Source: Candidatus Wildermuthbacteria bacterium
GTDB taxonomy: Bacteria; Patescibacteriota; Minisyncoccia; Minisyncoccales; UBA10102
Length of the DNA stretch: 64,000 bases
Assembly (NCBI GenBank): GCA_016186115.1
Contig: JACPMK010000003.1
Coordinates: 26,470-90,469 of the forward strand
Direction of reading: 5' to 3'
Positions 1 to 8,580 of the stretch are shown here, piece after piece. The translations under genes were made by a program, and so were the position numbers. Under the pieces are notes generated by a model. The model was not told the DNA's origin and did not search any database. It worked only from the letters and a program-made list of their open reading frames with translations. Each line of letters opens with the position of its first letter. The first letter of the stretch is position 1.

Positions 1-849
1 CTTTCGCCATTGGAAGGCGCGGAAACGCCAGAACAAGTAAACACGATTACCAGAGTTGCCAATACGCTCGCCGGCATTAAGGATGATGCGGCACGAAGGG
101 AAGTAAAAACGATTATTGATAAGGTTCGGGATCTTGACTCCAAGCGCAACATTGCAGAGGTTCTAGGAAAAGATCCTGATTTGCGATCTGCATTTCAAAG
201 CATCAAGGAAGAACGCGATCAAATTGAAGTAGCAAGAGCGCTGGCCGGAATCAGGGGCGTTGACGAAAACGATACCAAAGCAACCCGCAAAGAAATCGCA
301 GGCATTTTGGCCAATCGCCCCGCGTTGAGCAATGTTGCCAATGTTCTTGCCTCGTTCAAGGGCGCCGAACGAACAACGGCAGCCAATACTTTAGCTACCG
401 TTCTAAATCCTCCGGCTCGAGAGCAGGTCGGAGAGCTACTTAGGAAAAATTCTCAATTCCTTGAACCGACTCTGCGGCTTTCGCAACTTGCTGCACAGCA
501 GTATGAGATACGCTTTAAGCAAAGCAACGTTGAAAAGATGCGATCGGGTATACGATCTACACAAAATGCTGGAGGAAAAATATCTGCTGCGCGAGAAGCA
601 CAATTCAAGGAAGAAGAGCGAAAGTTGGCTGAGATGGAAAAGGCGACCGCAGCGCTAGCCCAAGAGCTGGATAAATACAAGAGGGATCTCCATCAGGTTC
701 CTGATACAACCCCGCAATCTCAAGAAGCCCGACGCGTAAGAGTGGCCCAGTGGGAGACGCTTGAACGTCTTATGAAAAGCCAGAAAACAGAAGCTCCTGG
801 AGCCGGCAAGCGACAGAAAAAACAACGAAGACAAGTAGGACAACCATAG
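1..849 (+). CDS. C-terminal part of a larger ORF (5' partial, open to the window edge); alpha-helical repeat / coiled-coil protein of unknown function
   Basis: The frame of track ORF 10..849 has no stop back to nt 1. It has repeated VAxxLAG-type helices and a K/E/Q-rich tail. No family recognised. Looks G+C-richer than the backbone. Confidence 0.5.
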   Translation, partial: LSPLEGAETPEQVNTITRVANTLAGIKDDAARREVKTIIDKVRDLDSKRNIAEVLGKDPDLRSAFQSIKEERDQIEVARALAGIRGVDENDTKATRKEIAGILANRPALSNVANVLASFKGAERTTAANTLATVLNPPAREQVGELLRKNSQFLEPTLRLSQLAAQQYEIRFKQSNVEKMRSGIRSTQNAGGKISAAREAQFKEEERKLAEMEKATAALAQELDKYKRDLHQVPDTTPQSQEARRVRVAQWETLERLMKSQKTEAPGAGKRQKKQRRQVGQP

Positions 850-880
850 AATATTGAATATCAAAAGTACCTATCCAATT

Positions 881-938
881 GAAAACAAAACGGGGCGAGA
901 CGGATTGAGCAATCTTGCTCTTTCCATCTCGCCCCTAA
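881..938 (-). terminator. Intrinsic terminator hairpin between convergent genes
   Basis: Outer stem GGGGCGAGACGGA (892-904) / TCCATCTCGCCCC (923-935) has one mismatch that is G-U on the minus strand. Inner stem is GAGCAA/TTGCTC. On the minus strand it is followed by GTTTTGTTTTC. Confidence 0.6.
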
Positions 939-951
939 GGAGCGGCAGTGA

Positions 952-1800
952 CTAGGTTCTGGCTTGTGCTCCACCAGGTGGCGTAGGGGGGGCACCAGTC
1001 GTGGTGCCGCCGCCATTGCCACCATTCCCTGTCGCAGCCTTACCGCCTGCGGCTTCATAGCCGCGGTGGTAAAGCCACCGATCTCCCTTTTGTGCGAGGC
1101 CGGAAAGGTCCTTTTCTGCGCCGGCTAGGGCATCGCGGAGCCCCCTCTGATAGGGAGCACTCCGCTTTTGCTCCTCGGTCATTTCCTCTTCGGTCAGCGG
1201 CCGCCGTGCCTCTTTCTTGCGCGGCAGCTGACCTCCCCAAGGAGTCGATGGACGAACCTCCTCGACCGCACCCCCTCCGTAGAACTGCTGCCGTAGTCCT
1301 CGGGCCTGAACCCGCAGGTCTCGCAGCTCTGCCTCTTCTCGTAACCCATCGATCTCGTCCTGCAGCAAGAATGTTTCCTGCTGACGCTCCAAGGATCTCC
1401 TCCGCAGTTCCTCCCCTCGCTCAGCAACCCGCCACAATCTTTCTGTCCTTATTAGTTGTACAGCAACATCTGTAGGCGAGGAGGGTTGCACTGGGCCAGC
1501 GGGAGCTGCCGTCGGCTGCTGTGGAGGAGTTGTTGGAACAGGACCTCCGCCTTGCGGCTGAGGAGTCGGTTGAGGCGGCTGCTTTGCAACGACAGCAATA
1601 GAATCGGCAGCATGTTTTGCTGCCTCCTCGATCCGCCTTGTCGCGTCGTCAGTCGCCTGATTGATCTCATCGATCGGCGACCGATCGCGATCATGCTCCA
1701 TAATCCTCATAACGACGAAATACACGACCGGCGCCGCCACGACCACCACCGCGACGGCAACCAAAAAACCCAAGAAAGCGTTCGCCAATAGAAGTTCCAT
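952..1800 (-). CDS. Membrane-anchored Pro/Gly/Arg-rich coiled-coil protein, function unknown
   Basis: Track ORF 952..1845. The internal ATG at 1800 is preceded by a GGGAGGAG SD. It has the TM helix LLLANAFLGFLVAVAVVVVAAPVVYFVV, a PQ-rich linker, an R/E coiled coil and a G-rich tail. Confidence 0.55.
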   Translation of the reverse strand: MELLLANAFLGFLVAVAVVVVAAPVVYFVVMRIMEHDRDRSPIDEINQATDDATRRIEEAAKHAADSIAVVAKQPPQPTPQPQGGGPVPTTPPQQPTAAPAGPVQPSSPTDVAVQLIRTERLWRVAERGEELRRRSLERQQETFLLQDEIDGLREEAELRDLRVQARGLRQQFYGGGAVEEVRPSTPWGGQLPRKKEARRPLTEEEMTEEQKRSAPYQRGLRDALAGAEKDLSGLAQKGDRWLYHRGYEAAGGKAATGNGGNGGGTTTGAPPTPPGGAQART

Positions 1801-1889
1801 GTCTCTCCTCCCTCGCCTGCGTCTTTTTTCAGACAGAACAGGCATTCTAAACTGCCACTATTATATATCATAACTATAAAAATGTCAAG

Positions 1890-2357
1890 ATGATTATGAC
1901 GAAACAATATACTCAAGATGAACTATGGAAATTATTTGATACGCTTCCTGAAGAGCTTAAGCAGGCGGTTTTTTCACCTGAAAATGCAGATCATATCTTT
2001 AATATCTGCGACCGCTATAATATAGAGCAGATGCCAAAGATTGCCTACTACGCAGGGCTCGTGCTGATGGGCATTATCCCTGCCGCTGATTTTGAGAGTA
2101 TATTAAAGAAAGAAATTGGTCTTGAAGAAGAGAAGGCGCAAACAGTTGCAAGAGAAGTTAATCGGTTTATTTTTTACCCCGCCAAGCCAGCGATCGAACA
2201 ATTGCAAAAAACCGCGGAAGCCAGCGCCAAACAAACAAAGCAAGGGACGATTTCTGCCGCACCGAGCCAACCGATTGCCAAAGAGAAAACAACGCAGGAA
2301 GAAGATATCGCGCAGAAGCCGAAAGCTCCCGATTCATACCGTGAACCCTTAGAATAG
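1890..2357 (+). CDS. Hypothetical protein, first gene of the T4SS-like cluster
   Basis: Track ORF, 11-nt gap to the next gene. No family recognised. Confidence 0.45.
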   Translation: MIMTKQYTQDELWKLFDTLPEELKQAVFSPENADHIFNICDRYNIEQMPKIAYYAGLVLMGIIPAADFESILKKEIGLEEEKAQTVAREVNRFIFYPAKPAIEQLQKTAEASAKQTKQGTISAAPSQPIAKEKTTQEEDIAQKPKAPDSYREPLE

Positions 2358-2368
2358 TATTTGGTATT

Positions 2369-2791
2369 ATGGAGTTTCAGGTGCCACAATTCATTGAACG
2401 GGAAACAAAAATTGTAGGACCGCTCACCTTCAAACAATTCGGATTTATTGGGGGAGCTGGCGCTGTTATTTTCATTCTGTATTTTTTTGTAAAAATACCG
2501 CTCCTTTTTATTCCTCTTGCTCTTGCGGTTGCCGGGATCGGGCTTACGCTGGCATTCGTAAAGATCGGGGCAAAAACATTTCCTGAATTTCTCTTAAGCA
2601 TGCTACAATTTACCGCAGGCCCCAAAACATATATCTGGAGAAAGGGGCAGCTGGCGCAGAGCCAGCAGCAAAAGCAGCAAGCAAAGATTATCCCGCCCAA
2701 AAAAGATGAGGCGCCGGAAAAACCAAAATTCAATCTTACTACCAAAAGCAAGCTTCAAGACCTCTCCACCAAAGTAACGACGCAGGAATAA
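2369..2791 (+). CDS. PrgI / VirB3-like T4SS membrane protein
   Basis: N-terminal FIERETKIVGPLTFKQF motif followed by two TM helices, as in PrgI-family proteins. Located two genes upstream of a VirB4-like ATPase. Confidence 0.6.
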   Translation: MEFQVPQFIERETKIVGPLTFKQFGFIGGAGAVIFILYFFVKIPLLFIPLALAVAGIGLTLAFVKIGAKTFPEFLLSMLQFTAGPKTYIWRKGQLAQSQQQKQQAKIIPPKKDEAPEKPKFNLTTKSKLQDLSTKVTTQE

Positions 2792-2793
2792 AC

Positions 2794-3441
2794 ATGGCAC
2801 AGGCAACAACCCAACAATTTTTGCCAATTGAAGAAATACGCCAAGGAATTTTGGTGCTCAAAGACCGGGGAGTGCGCGCGGTTCTCTTGGTATCCTCTCA
2901 AAACTTTGCTCTCAAATCAGGGGAAGAACAAGAGGCAATTATGTATCAGTTTCAGAATTTTTTGAATTCGCTTGATTTTTCTCTGCAGATTATTGTCCAG
3001 TCAAGAAGGGTAAATATTACGGGGTACCTGGACTATCTCAAAACCCTCGAGGAACAGCAAAAAAATGAGCTGTTGCAAAAGCAAACCGCAGATTACCGCG
3101 CATTCATTCATCAGTTAATTGGCGGGGGGTCGATTATGGCAAAAAACTTTTTCGTGGTGGTGCCTTTTACGCTTTTGGAAACTATTGCCTTGCCCCAAGA
3201 AAAAAAATCGCTTTTCCAGAAAACAAAAATGTTCGGCAGATTGTCAGAAGAAGAATTTGAACGCTTGAGATCACAGCTCTGGCAACGACTCGAATATGTT
3301 GCCATGGGCCTCAAAAGAGCAGGGCTTAACGCTGTGCCGTTGAATACCGAGGAATTAATTGAGGTGTTGTGGAGCTGGCATCATCCCAAAGAAGCAGAGG
3401 TCGGATACTACCCCGAAATTCCGCCCGAACTACTGACATAA
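2794..3441 (+). CDS. Hypothetical protein within the T4SS-like cluster
   Basis: Track ORF with a 2-nt gap to the PrgI-like gene and a 13-nt gap to the VirB4-like gene. No recognisable motif. Confidence 0.5.
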   Translation: MAQATTQQFLPIEEIRQGILVLKDRGVRAVLLVSSQNFALKSGEEQEAIMYQFQNFLNSLDFSLQIIVQSRRVNITGYLDYLKTLEEQQKNELLQKQTADYRAFIHQLIGGGSIMAKNFFVVVPFTLLETIALPQEKKSLFQKTKMFGRLSEEEFERLRSQLWQRLEYVAMGLKRAGLNAVPLNTEELIEVLWSWHHPKEAEVGYYPEIPPELLT

Positions 3442-3454
3442 TCCGAATCTACGA

Positions 3455-5233
3455 ATGAAATTACCCTTTCTAAAATCGAAACAGCCGGAACGAATTTTTG
3501 AGAGCGAACAAATTACGGTTCAAGATATTATCGCTCCCTCATCCATACGCGTGGATTCGGAATACCTTGAAATAAGCGGACGGCTCGCCAAATCGTTCTT
3601 TGTATTTTCTTACCCGCGGTATCTAAGCTCGGTGTGGCTTTCTTCTGCGATTAACCTCGACACGCCCATGGATATTTCGCTTTTCATTCATCCCGTTGAC
3701 ACCGGCAATATCTTGCGCCAACTTCGAAGACGCATCACCGAAGTGCAGGCAGAAATTATGGAGCGGGAAGACAAGGGTCTTATCCGCGACCCAGAACTCG
3801 AAATCGCGTTCCAGGATCTGGAGCAATTGCGCGACCAGCTGCAGACCGCGCAGGAACGAATGTTCCGATTGGGCATTTATCTTTCTGTCTACGGAGAGCG
3901 CTTTGAAGAATTGCGCGAAATTGAAACAACGCTGCGCTCCATTTTTGAATCCAAACTCATTTACATTAAGCCCGCAACCTATCAGCAAAAAGAAGGGTTT
4001 GCTTCTTGTTTGCCCTATGGCAAAGATATTCTTCAGGTGCACACCTCGCTCAACACATCGCCCCTTTCCTCGGCCTTCCCCTTCATTTCCTTTGACCTTA
4101 GCTCAAATCAAGGCATTCTCTATGGCGTCAATCTCCACAATAATTCCCTCATTCTCTTTGACCGATTTTCTCTGCCCAATGCCAATGAAGTAGTGTTTGC
4201 ATTCTCTGGCGCTGGGAAAAGCTACTATGCAAAACTCGAAATTATTCGTTCCTTAATGACCGGGACCGAAGTTATCGTACTAGACCCGGAAAACGAGTAC
4301 AAAACTCTGGCCGATGGGGTTGGAGGAAGTTTCTTTGATATTTCTTTGGGATCTGAAAACCATATCAACCCTTTTGATTTGGCCCAGCCAAGGGAAGACG
4401 AAAATGCCGCCGATGTATTGCGAAGCAATATTATCAACCTGGTGGGTTTGATGCGCATTATGCTTGGCGGCCTTACCCCCGAAGAAGACGCAATTATGGA
4501 CAGGGCAATTACCGAAACCTATGCCGCAAGAGATATCACCCCGAAATCGGATCCTGCAACTTGGGCCGAGAAAATTCCTCTCATGCAAGATCTCGAATTG
4601 GTGCTGCAAACCATGGAGCGTGCCGAATCGTTGCTGGAGCGTCTCCGCAAATTTACCACGGGCACCTACTCCAATTTTTTCAACCAGCCAACGAACATTT
4701 CACTCAACAACAATCTTTTGGTATTTGGCATCCGCGACATGGAGGAGGGGCTGCGACCCATGGCAATGTACATTATCATGAGATATATCTGGAATAAAAT
4801 TCGCTCGGAGTTAAAAAAGCGCATCCTTGTGGTTGACGAGGCGTGGTGGATTATGCAGACCGAAGACGGGGCTTCATTTCTCTACGGGGTCGCGAAGCGC
4901 GCAAGAAAATATTGGCTCGGCATCACCACCATCACGCAAGACGTTGGCGATTTTATGAAATCAGAATATGGAAAACCTATCATTACCAACTCTTCCATTC
5001 AGCTTCTTATGAAGCAATCCCCCGCAACCATTGAACTGGTGAAAAAATCATTCAACCTTACCGAACAAGAAAAAGAAATGCTTTTGTCGACAGAAACAGG
5101 GGAGGGAATTTTCTTTGCCGGGCAAAAACATGTGGCCGTCAAAGTGGTCGCATCTCCTCTCGAGCATCGCATTATTACCACCAATCCCGAAGAAATTGTC
5201 GAAATGAAACAATCAGATAAGGAAAACTCCTAA
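3455..5233 (+). CDS. virB4: VirB4/TrbE-type type IV secretion ATPase
   Basis: Walker A FSGAGKSYYAK, Walker B ILVVDEAWW, a TTITQD motif. Size and layout match VirB4-family ATPases. Confidence 0.8.
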   Translation: MKLPFLKSKQPERIFESEQITVQDIIAPSSIRVDSEYLEISGRLAKSFFVFSYPRYLSSVWLSSAINLDTPMDISLFIHPVDTGNILRQLRRRITEVQAEIMEREDKGLIRDPELEIAFQDLEQLRDQLQTAQERMFRLGIYLSVYGERFEELREIETTLRSIFESKLIYIKPATYQQKEGFASCLPYGKDILQVHTSLNTSPLSSAFPFISFDLSSNQGILYGVNLHNNSLILFDRFSLPNANEVVFAFSGAGKSYYAKLEIIRSLMTGTEVIVLDPENEYKTLADGVGGSFFDISLGSENHINPFDLAQPREDENAADVLRSNIINLVGLMRIMLGGLTPEEDAIMDRAITETYAARDITPKSDPATWAEKIPLMQDLELVLQTMERAESLLERLRKFTTGTYSNFFNQPTNISLNNNLLVFGIRDMEEGLRPMAMYIIMRYIWNKIRSELKKRILVVDEAWWIMQTEDGASFLYGVAKRARKYWLGITTITQDVGDFMKSEYGKPIITNSSIQLLMKQSPATIELVKKSFNLTEQEKEMLLSTETGEGIFFAGQKHVAVKVVASPLEHRIITTNPEEIVEMKQSDKENS

Positions 5234-5237
5234 CGGC

Positions 5238-5678
5238 ATGGCGGAAGACGAACTTACGATTGAGAATCCCAATATGTCTCAACAAAAAACAGAAGGGGGC
5301 CAAGAGAAAGCCCGAGTGTCTCCCTTTGAGGTGGATTTTCTTTTGGTGTTTCTATTTGCGACCATTGTAGATGTAGTCGATATTATACTTGAAATTCTTT
5401 CTTTTCTTATCGTGCCGAAGCTCTTTGGAATTTTCCTTGATGCGGTTACTTTTGTCGGAATCACGTACTGGGTCTATCAAAAGACGAACAGGATTGAGAC
5501 GGCAAAAGAACGGGGTTTTCGAGGGTTATCCCCGCAAACAAAACGGCGATATCAGCGAAAAGCGCTTACAAAAGCGTTACGAAAGGTCGGGCTAACCTGC
5601 GCGGGAGAACTTATCCCATTTGTAGGACTAGTGCCCTTCTGGACCCTGCGCGTGCTTTCGACATTACGAGAAAAATGA
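5238..5678 (+). CDS. Small integral membrane protein (T4SS-like cluster)
   Basis: Track ORF with about three hydrophobic helices and a basic loop. No family recognised. Confidence 0.5.
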   Translation: MAEDELTIENPNMSQQKTEGGQEKARVSPFEVDFLLVFLFATIVDVVDIILEILSFLIVPKLFGIFLDAVTFVGITYWVYQKTNRIETAKERGFRGLSPQTKRRYQRKALTKALRKVGLTCAGELIPFVGLVPFWTLRVLSTLREK

Positions 5679-5691
5679 TACACTAAAAAAG

Positions 5692-6705
5692 ATGAGTATG
5701 AAGAAATTCTCCCTTCTCTTTTTTGCCCTTGGTTTATTTTTGCCCCTCACGAGCACAGCGTCTTTAAAACTTAATCTCTCTTATCCAAAATTTGGCGGAA
5801 TAGATCTTGAGAATAATCCGGGCCTGCAAGGCATTGTCTTGTGGATATACATTTTTATGATCGGCATTGCGGGGCTGGCCGCATTTCTTATGATTGTGTG
5901 GGGCGGAATTCAGTGGCTTTCTTCAGCGGGAAACCCGGCGCAAATTGGCGACGCAAAGGATAAAATTCAAAAGGCGCTGCTCGGTCTTTTATTAATTCTT
6001 TCCTCTGTGCTTATCTTAAACCTCATCAACCCCGAGCTAACCAATCTCCAAAGCCCATGGCTCCCCGCCCCCAAGCCGGTAGCATCCCAAGCACAAAATA
6101 ATGCTGCCCCCTTACCCGACATCCTCTTTAGAGTTGGCAGCGCTCAAAACGCTAGCGTCAAGCCGGGGGAGGATGTTACGTTGATTTGGGTCTCGAGTTA
6201 CTCTTCTTGCTCTGGCGAGAGCGACCCTCCCTTGTCGGAATGGCAAGGACCCGTTTCGCTCCCAAGTGGATCGAAGTTACTCACCATGACCGAAGAAGGA
6301 TTTTACAGGCTTATTCTTACCTGTTTTAAGGTTGGCTCGCCAATAATAGAGGAGATGGTTACCATTCGAGTTTCTTCTGCGCCTCCTCTACCTCCTGTTA
6401 ATCCTGCCGTTGAATTTCGTGCGTATAACCCAGCGACTGGAAACCCATACGCAAGCCCTATCGATGGAAAGGATGTTGTCAAAGATACAAATGGCTTTAT
6501 CAAATTTGCTTGGAGCTCTACGGGCGCGCATGAATGCGACGGAGAAAAAGAATTCTTCCTTGTGAATGGCCCGCCTATGGGAGAAAAATTAGTTGATATA
6601 TCTTCTCTTGCTTGGGGAGACCATCGCTATCGCATCCGTTGTACAAATAGAGATACTGGTGAAACAGTGCGCTCCGATGACATCATCGTTGAAATTTCGA
6701 AATAA
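5692..6705 (+). CDS. TrbC/VirB2-like T4SS pilin domain protein with a C-terminal repeat extension
   Basis: Signal-like start, then a hydrophobic hairpin with the GGIQWLSSAGNPAQIGDAKDKIQKALLGL motif typical of T4SS pilins. The C-terminal half has two Cys-containing modules (WVSSYSSCSGESD / AWSSTGAHECDGEKE). Confidence 0.55.
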   Translation: MSMKKFSLLFFALGLFLPLTSTASLKLNLSYPKFGGIDLENNPGLQGIVLWIYIFMIGIAGLAAFLMIVWGGIQWLSSAGNPAQIGDAKDKIQKALLGLLLILSSVLILNLINPELTNLQSPWLPAPKPVASQAQNNAAPLPDILFRVGSAQNASVKPGEDVTLIWVSSYSSCSGESDPPLSEWQGPVSLPSGSKLLTMTEEGFYRLILTCFKVGSPIIEEMVTIRVSSAPPLPPVNPAVEFRAYNPATGNPYASPIDGKDVVKDTNGFIKFAWSSTGAHECDGEKEFFLVNGPPMGEKLVDISSLAWGDHRYRIRCTNRDTGETVRSDDIIVEISK

Positions 6706-6710
6706 AAATG

Positions 6711-7178
6711 CTAGATACCGCTTCCCTTTGGCTTGATCACAATGCGGCGGTTGGGCTCTTCGCCCACGCTCTCTGAAGTGATGTCGGTGCGGTTGCTAAG
6801 TTCGGTGTGAATAATTCTGCGGTCAGCAGCAGACATGGGCGGAAGCTCTCTCTCGTATTTTAAGAGCGCAACTTCGTCTGCGGTGGTGCGCGCCAATTCC
6901 CGTAAATACAGTTCTTTATTTTTCCGATATTCATTGATATCGATTGCGATCCGGATATTTTCTCCGGTCTGCTTTTTTATTATCAACCGCAGAATATATT
7001 GAATATCGAGCAGCACCTTGCCCTGCTCTCCAATAAAAAGGTTGGGGTCTTCTGCCTTTATTTCTATTAGACAAACTCCTTCTTCGGGAGAGCTAACTTT
7101 TATTTGCCCTTCGAGCCCGAGTTTTTCAAAAAGCTCTTTTGCAATTCGCTCAATTGTCTGAAAAATATCATCGGTCAT
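6711..7178 (-). CDS. jag: Jag/SpoIIIJ-associated RNA-binding protein (KH + R3H)
   Basis: KH-like FIGEQGKVLLDIQYIL and R3H ADRRIIHTELS motifs. The ATG at 7178 overlaps the yidC stop as ATGA. The longer track start at 7232 was rejected. Confidence 0.8.
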   Translation of the reverse strand: MTDDIFQTIERIAKELFEKLGLEGQIKVSSPEEGVCLIEIKAEDPNLFIGEQGKVLLDIQYILRLIIKKQTGENIRIAIDINEYRKNKELYLRELARTTADEVALLKYERELPPMSAADRRIIHTELSNRTDITSESVGEEPNRRIVIKPKGSGI

Positions 7179-7912
7179 ACTTTTTTCGGTGTTTTGTGCT
7201 GCTGGTTTCTTGTGATAAACCAATACTGCCAAATGGAAAATGCGCTACTCACAGCCCAATAAAGAGAGATAACCGCGGGAAGGCGCGCTCCGATAAGCAC
7301 GATAACAACCGGGAAAACAAAAAGTGTTTGCGTCCGGAGCATAGAGGCAAAATCCGTTGCGCCCTTCTTTTTTGAATCGTCCTTTTTGGCTGGCATGGTC
7401 TGCTTTGCCTGAAAAAACTGAAGTATGCCTGCTGCGACAGCAAAAAATAAAGATTTCTGGGCCAGATCCATAAACCCCAAAAAGGAGGTATTGATGATGC
7501 CGGGCGTTGGCACGAAGGAGTATAAAAAAACAAGCTGTTCCGGGCCGAATCCTTTCCAGAAAAGTTGGTACAGGGCAATTAAAATAGGGAACTGGATAAG
7601 AAGGGGGAGTAAAGGGGAAAAGGGGTTAATCTTTTCTTTTCGATAAAACTCGAAAACAGCTTTTGCCTGCTGTTCTTTGTTGTCTTTGAATTTTTCCTGA
7701 ATTTCCTTAATCCTCGGCTGGAGCTCGGCAAACTTTTTCTGTGCGATCGCCGCTTTTGCGCTTAGCGGATACAAAACCAAACGCAGAAGTATGGTGAGAG
7801 CAATAACGGCCACCCCAAAATCCCTTCCGGGGAGATATTCGTAAAGCAAGATGAGAGCGTTGAGGAATGGCTGATACAAAAGGGTTCGAAAAAGTTCAAC
7901 AAAAAAATCCAT
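7175..7912 (-). CDS. yidC: Membrane protein insertase YidC
   Basis: YidC/Oxa1 core TM pattern in the conserved rnpA-yidC-jag order. Confidence 0.9.
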   Translation of the reverse strand: MDFFVELFRTLLYQPFLNALILLYEYLPGRDFGVAVIALTILLRLVLYPLSAKAAIAQKKFAELQPRIKEIQEKFKDNKEQQAKAVFEFYRKEKINPFSPLLPLLIQFPILIALYQLFWKGFGPEQLVFLYSFVPTPGIINTSFLGFMDLAQKSLFFAVAAGILQFFQAKQTMPAKKDDSKKKGATDFASMLRTQTLFVFPVVIVLIGARLPAVISLYWAVSSAFSIWQYWFITRNQQHKTPKKV

Positions 7913-7930
7913 AAGTTATTTCTTGATGCT

Positions 7931-8278
7931 CTATCTTCCCCTCAAAAGAAGATTCTGACGCATGAGCTTCAAAAGCCGTTCTTCTACCTGAACTTGCGTG
8001 AAGCTACGAAAATCGGGCGAAACAATCAAGACGATATCGAAACCATTGCGTATGAAGCCCAGATTTTTGCGCACAGCTTCGCGAATCAAGCGACGGAACC
8101 GATTACGCTTAGTTGCCTGCTTTGATACCTTTTTGCTCACCATAATGCCAAATCTCGAAACGTCCAGCCCATTTTCCCTTGCCCGTATTGTAAGGCCATT
8201 GGCTCGAGATACTCTGCTCTTCTGAAATACGAAGTCGAAATCTCTTTTTCGTCGAAGCCGAAAAGCGGGGGGAAGCAT
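7931..8278 (-). CDS. rnpA: Ribonuclease P protein component
   Basis: Basic 115-aa protein with LRRKRDFDFVF and KKVSKQATKRNRFRRLIRE motifs. Lies downstream of rpmH. Confidence 0.85.
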   Translation of the reverse strand: MLPPAFRLRRKRDFDFVFQKSRVSRANGLTIRARENGLDVSRFGIMVSKKVSKQATKRNRFRRLIREAVRKNLGFIRNGFDIVLIVSPDFRSFTQVQVEERLLKLMRQNLLLRGR

Positions 8279-8289
8279 GTGTCGCTTTT

Positions 8290-8424
8290 TTATACGGCTA
8301 ATCTTGCACGCTGTTTTCTGCGTCTGCGCTGGAGCACCCTTCTGCCCTGTTTGGTTTTGCTCCGCCTTAAAAAACCATGCGCACGACTTCTCTTCCTTCT
8401 CTTGGGTTTATAAGTAAAACTCAT
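8290..8424 (-). CDS. rpmH: 50S ribosomal protein L34 (not in the ORF track, 44 aa)
   Basis: Hand translation of the minus strand gives [44 protein letters not shown]. This is classic L34 sequence in the classic position upstream of rnpA. Confidence 0.9.
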   Translation of the reverse strand: MSFTYKPKRRKRSRAHGFLRRSKTKQGRRVLQRRRRKQRARLAV

Positions 8425-8580
8425 ACAATGTCAGTATACTCTCCAAATTGCGCCCGGTCAACTAAGTATTCACAACTTCTTCCCATATTTTCCACAGACA
8501 GAGCGATTCTCTTCTTTATTTGGCTCTTCAGCTTGGCATGCTATAATATCTCATTGCTTCAAATAAGCCGGTAGATTTTT
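8425..8580. promoter_or_regulatory. rpmH-dnaA intergenic region: DnaA-box-like sites and dnaA promoter (candidate oriC part)
   Basis: TTTTCCACA at 8488-8496 (1 mismatch to TTATCCACA), GTATTCACA at 8466-8474, and an extended -10 TGCTATAAT at 8539-8547. Confidence 0.5.
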
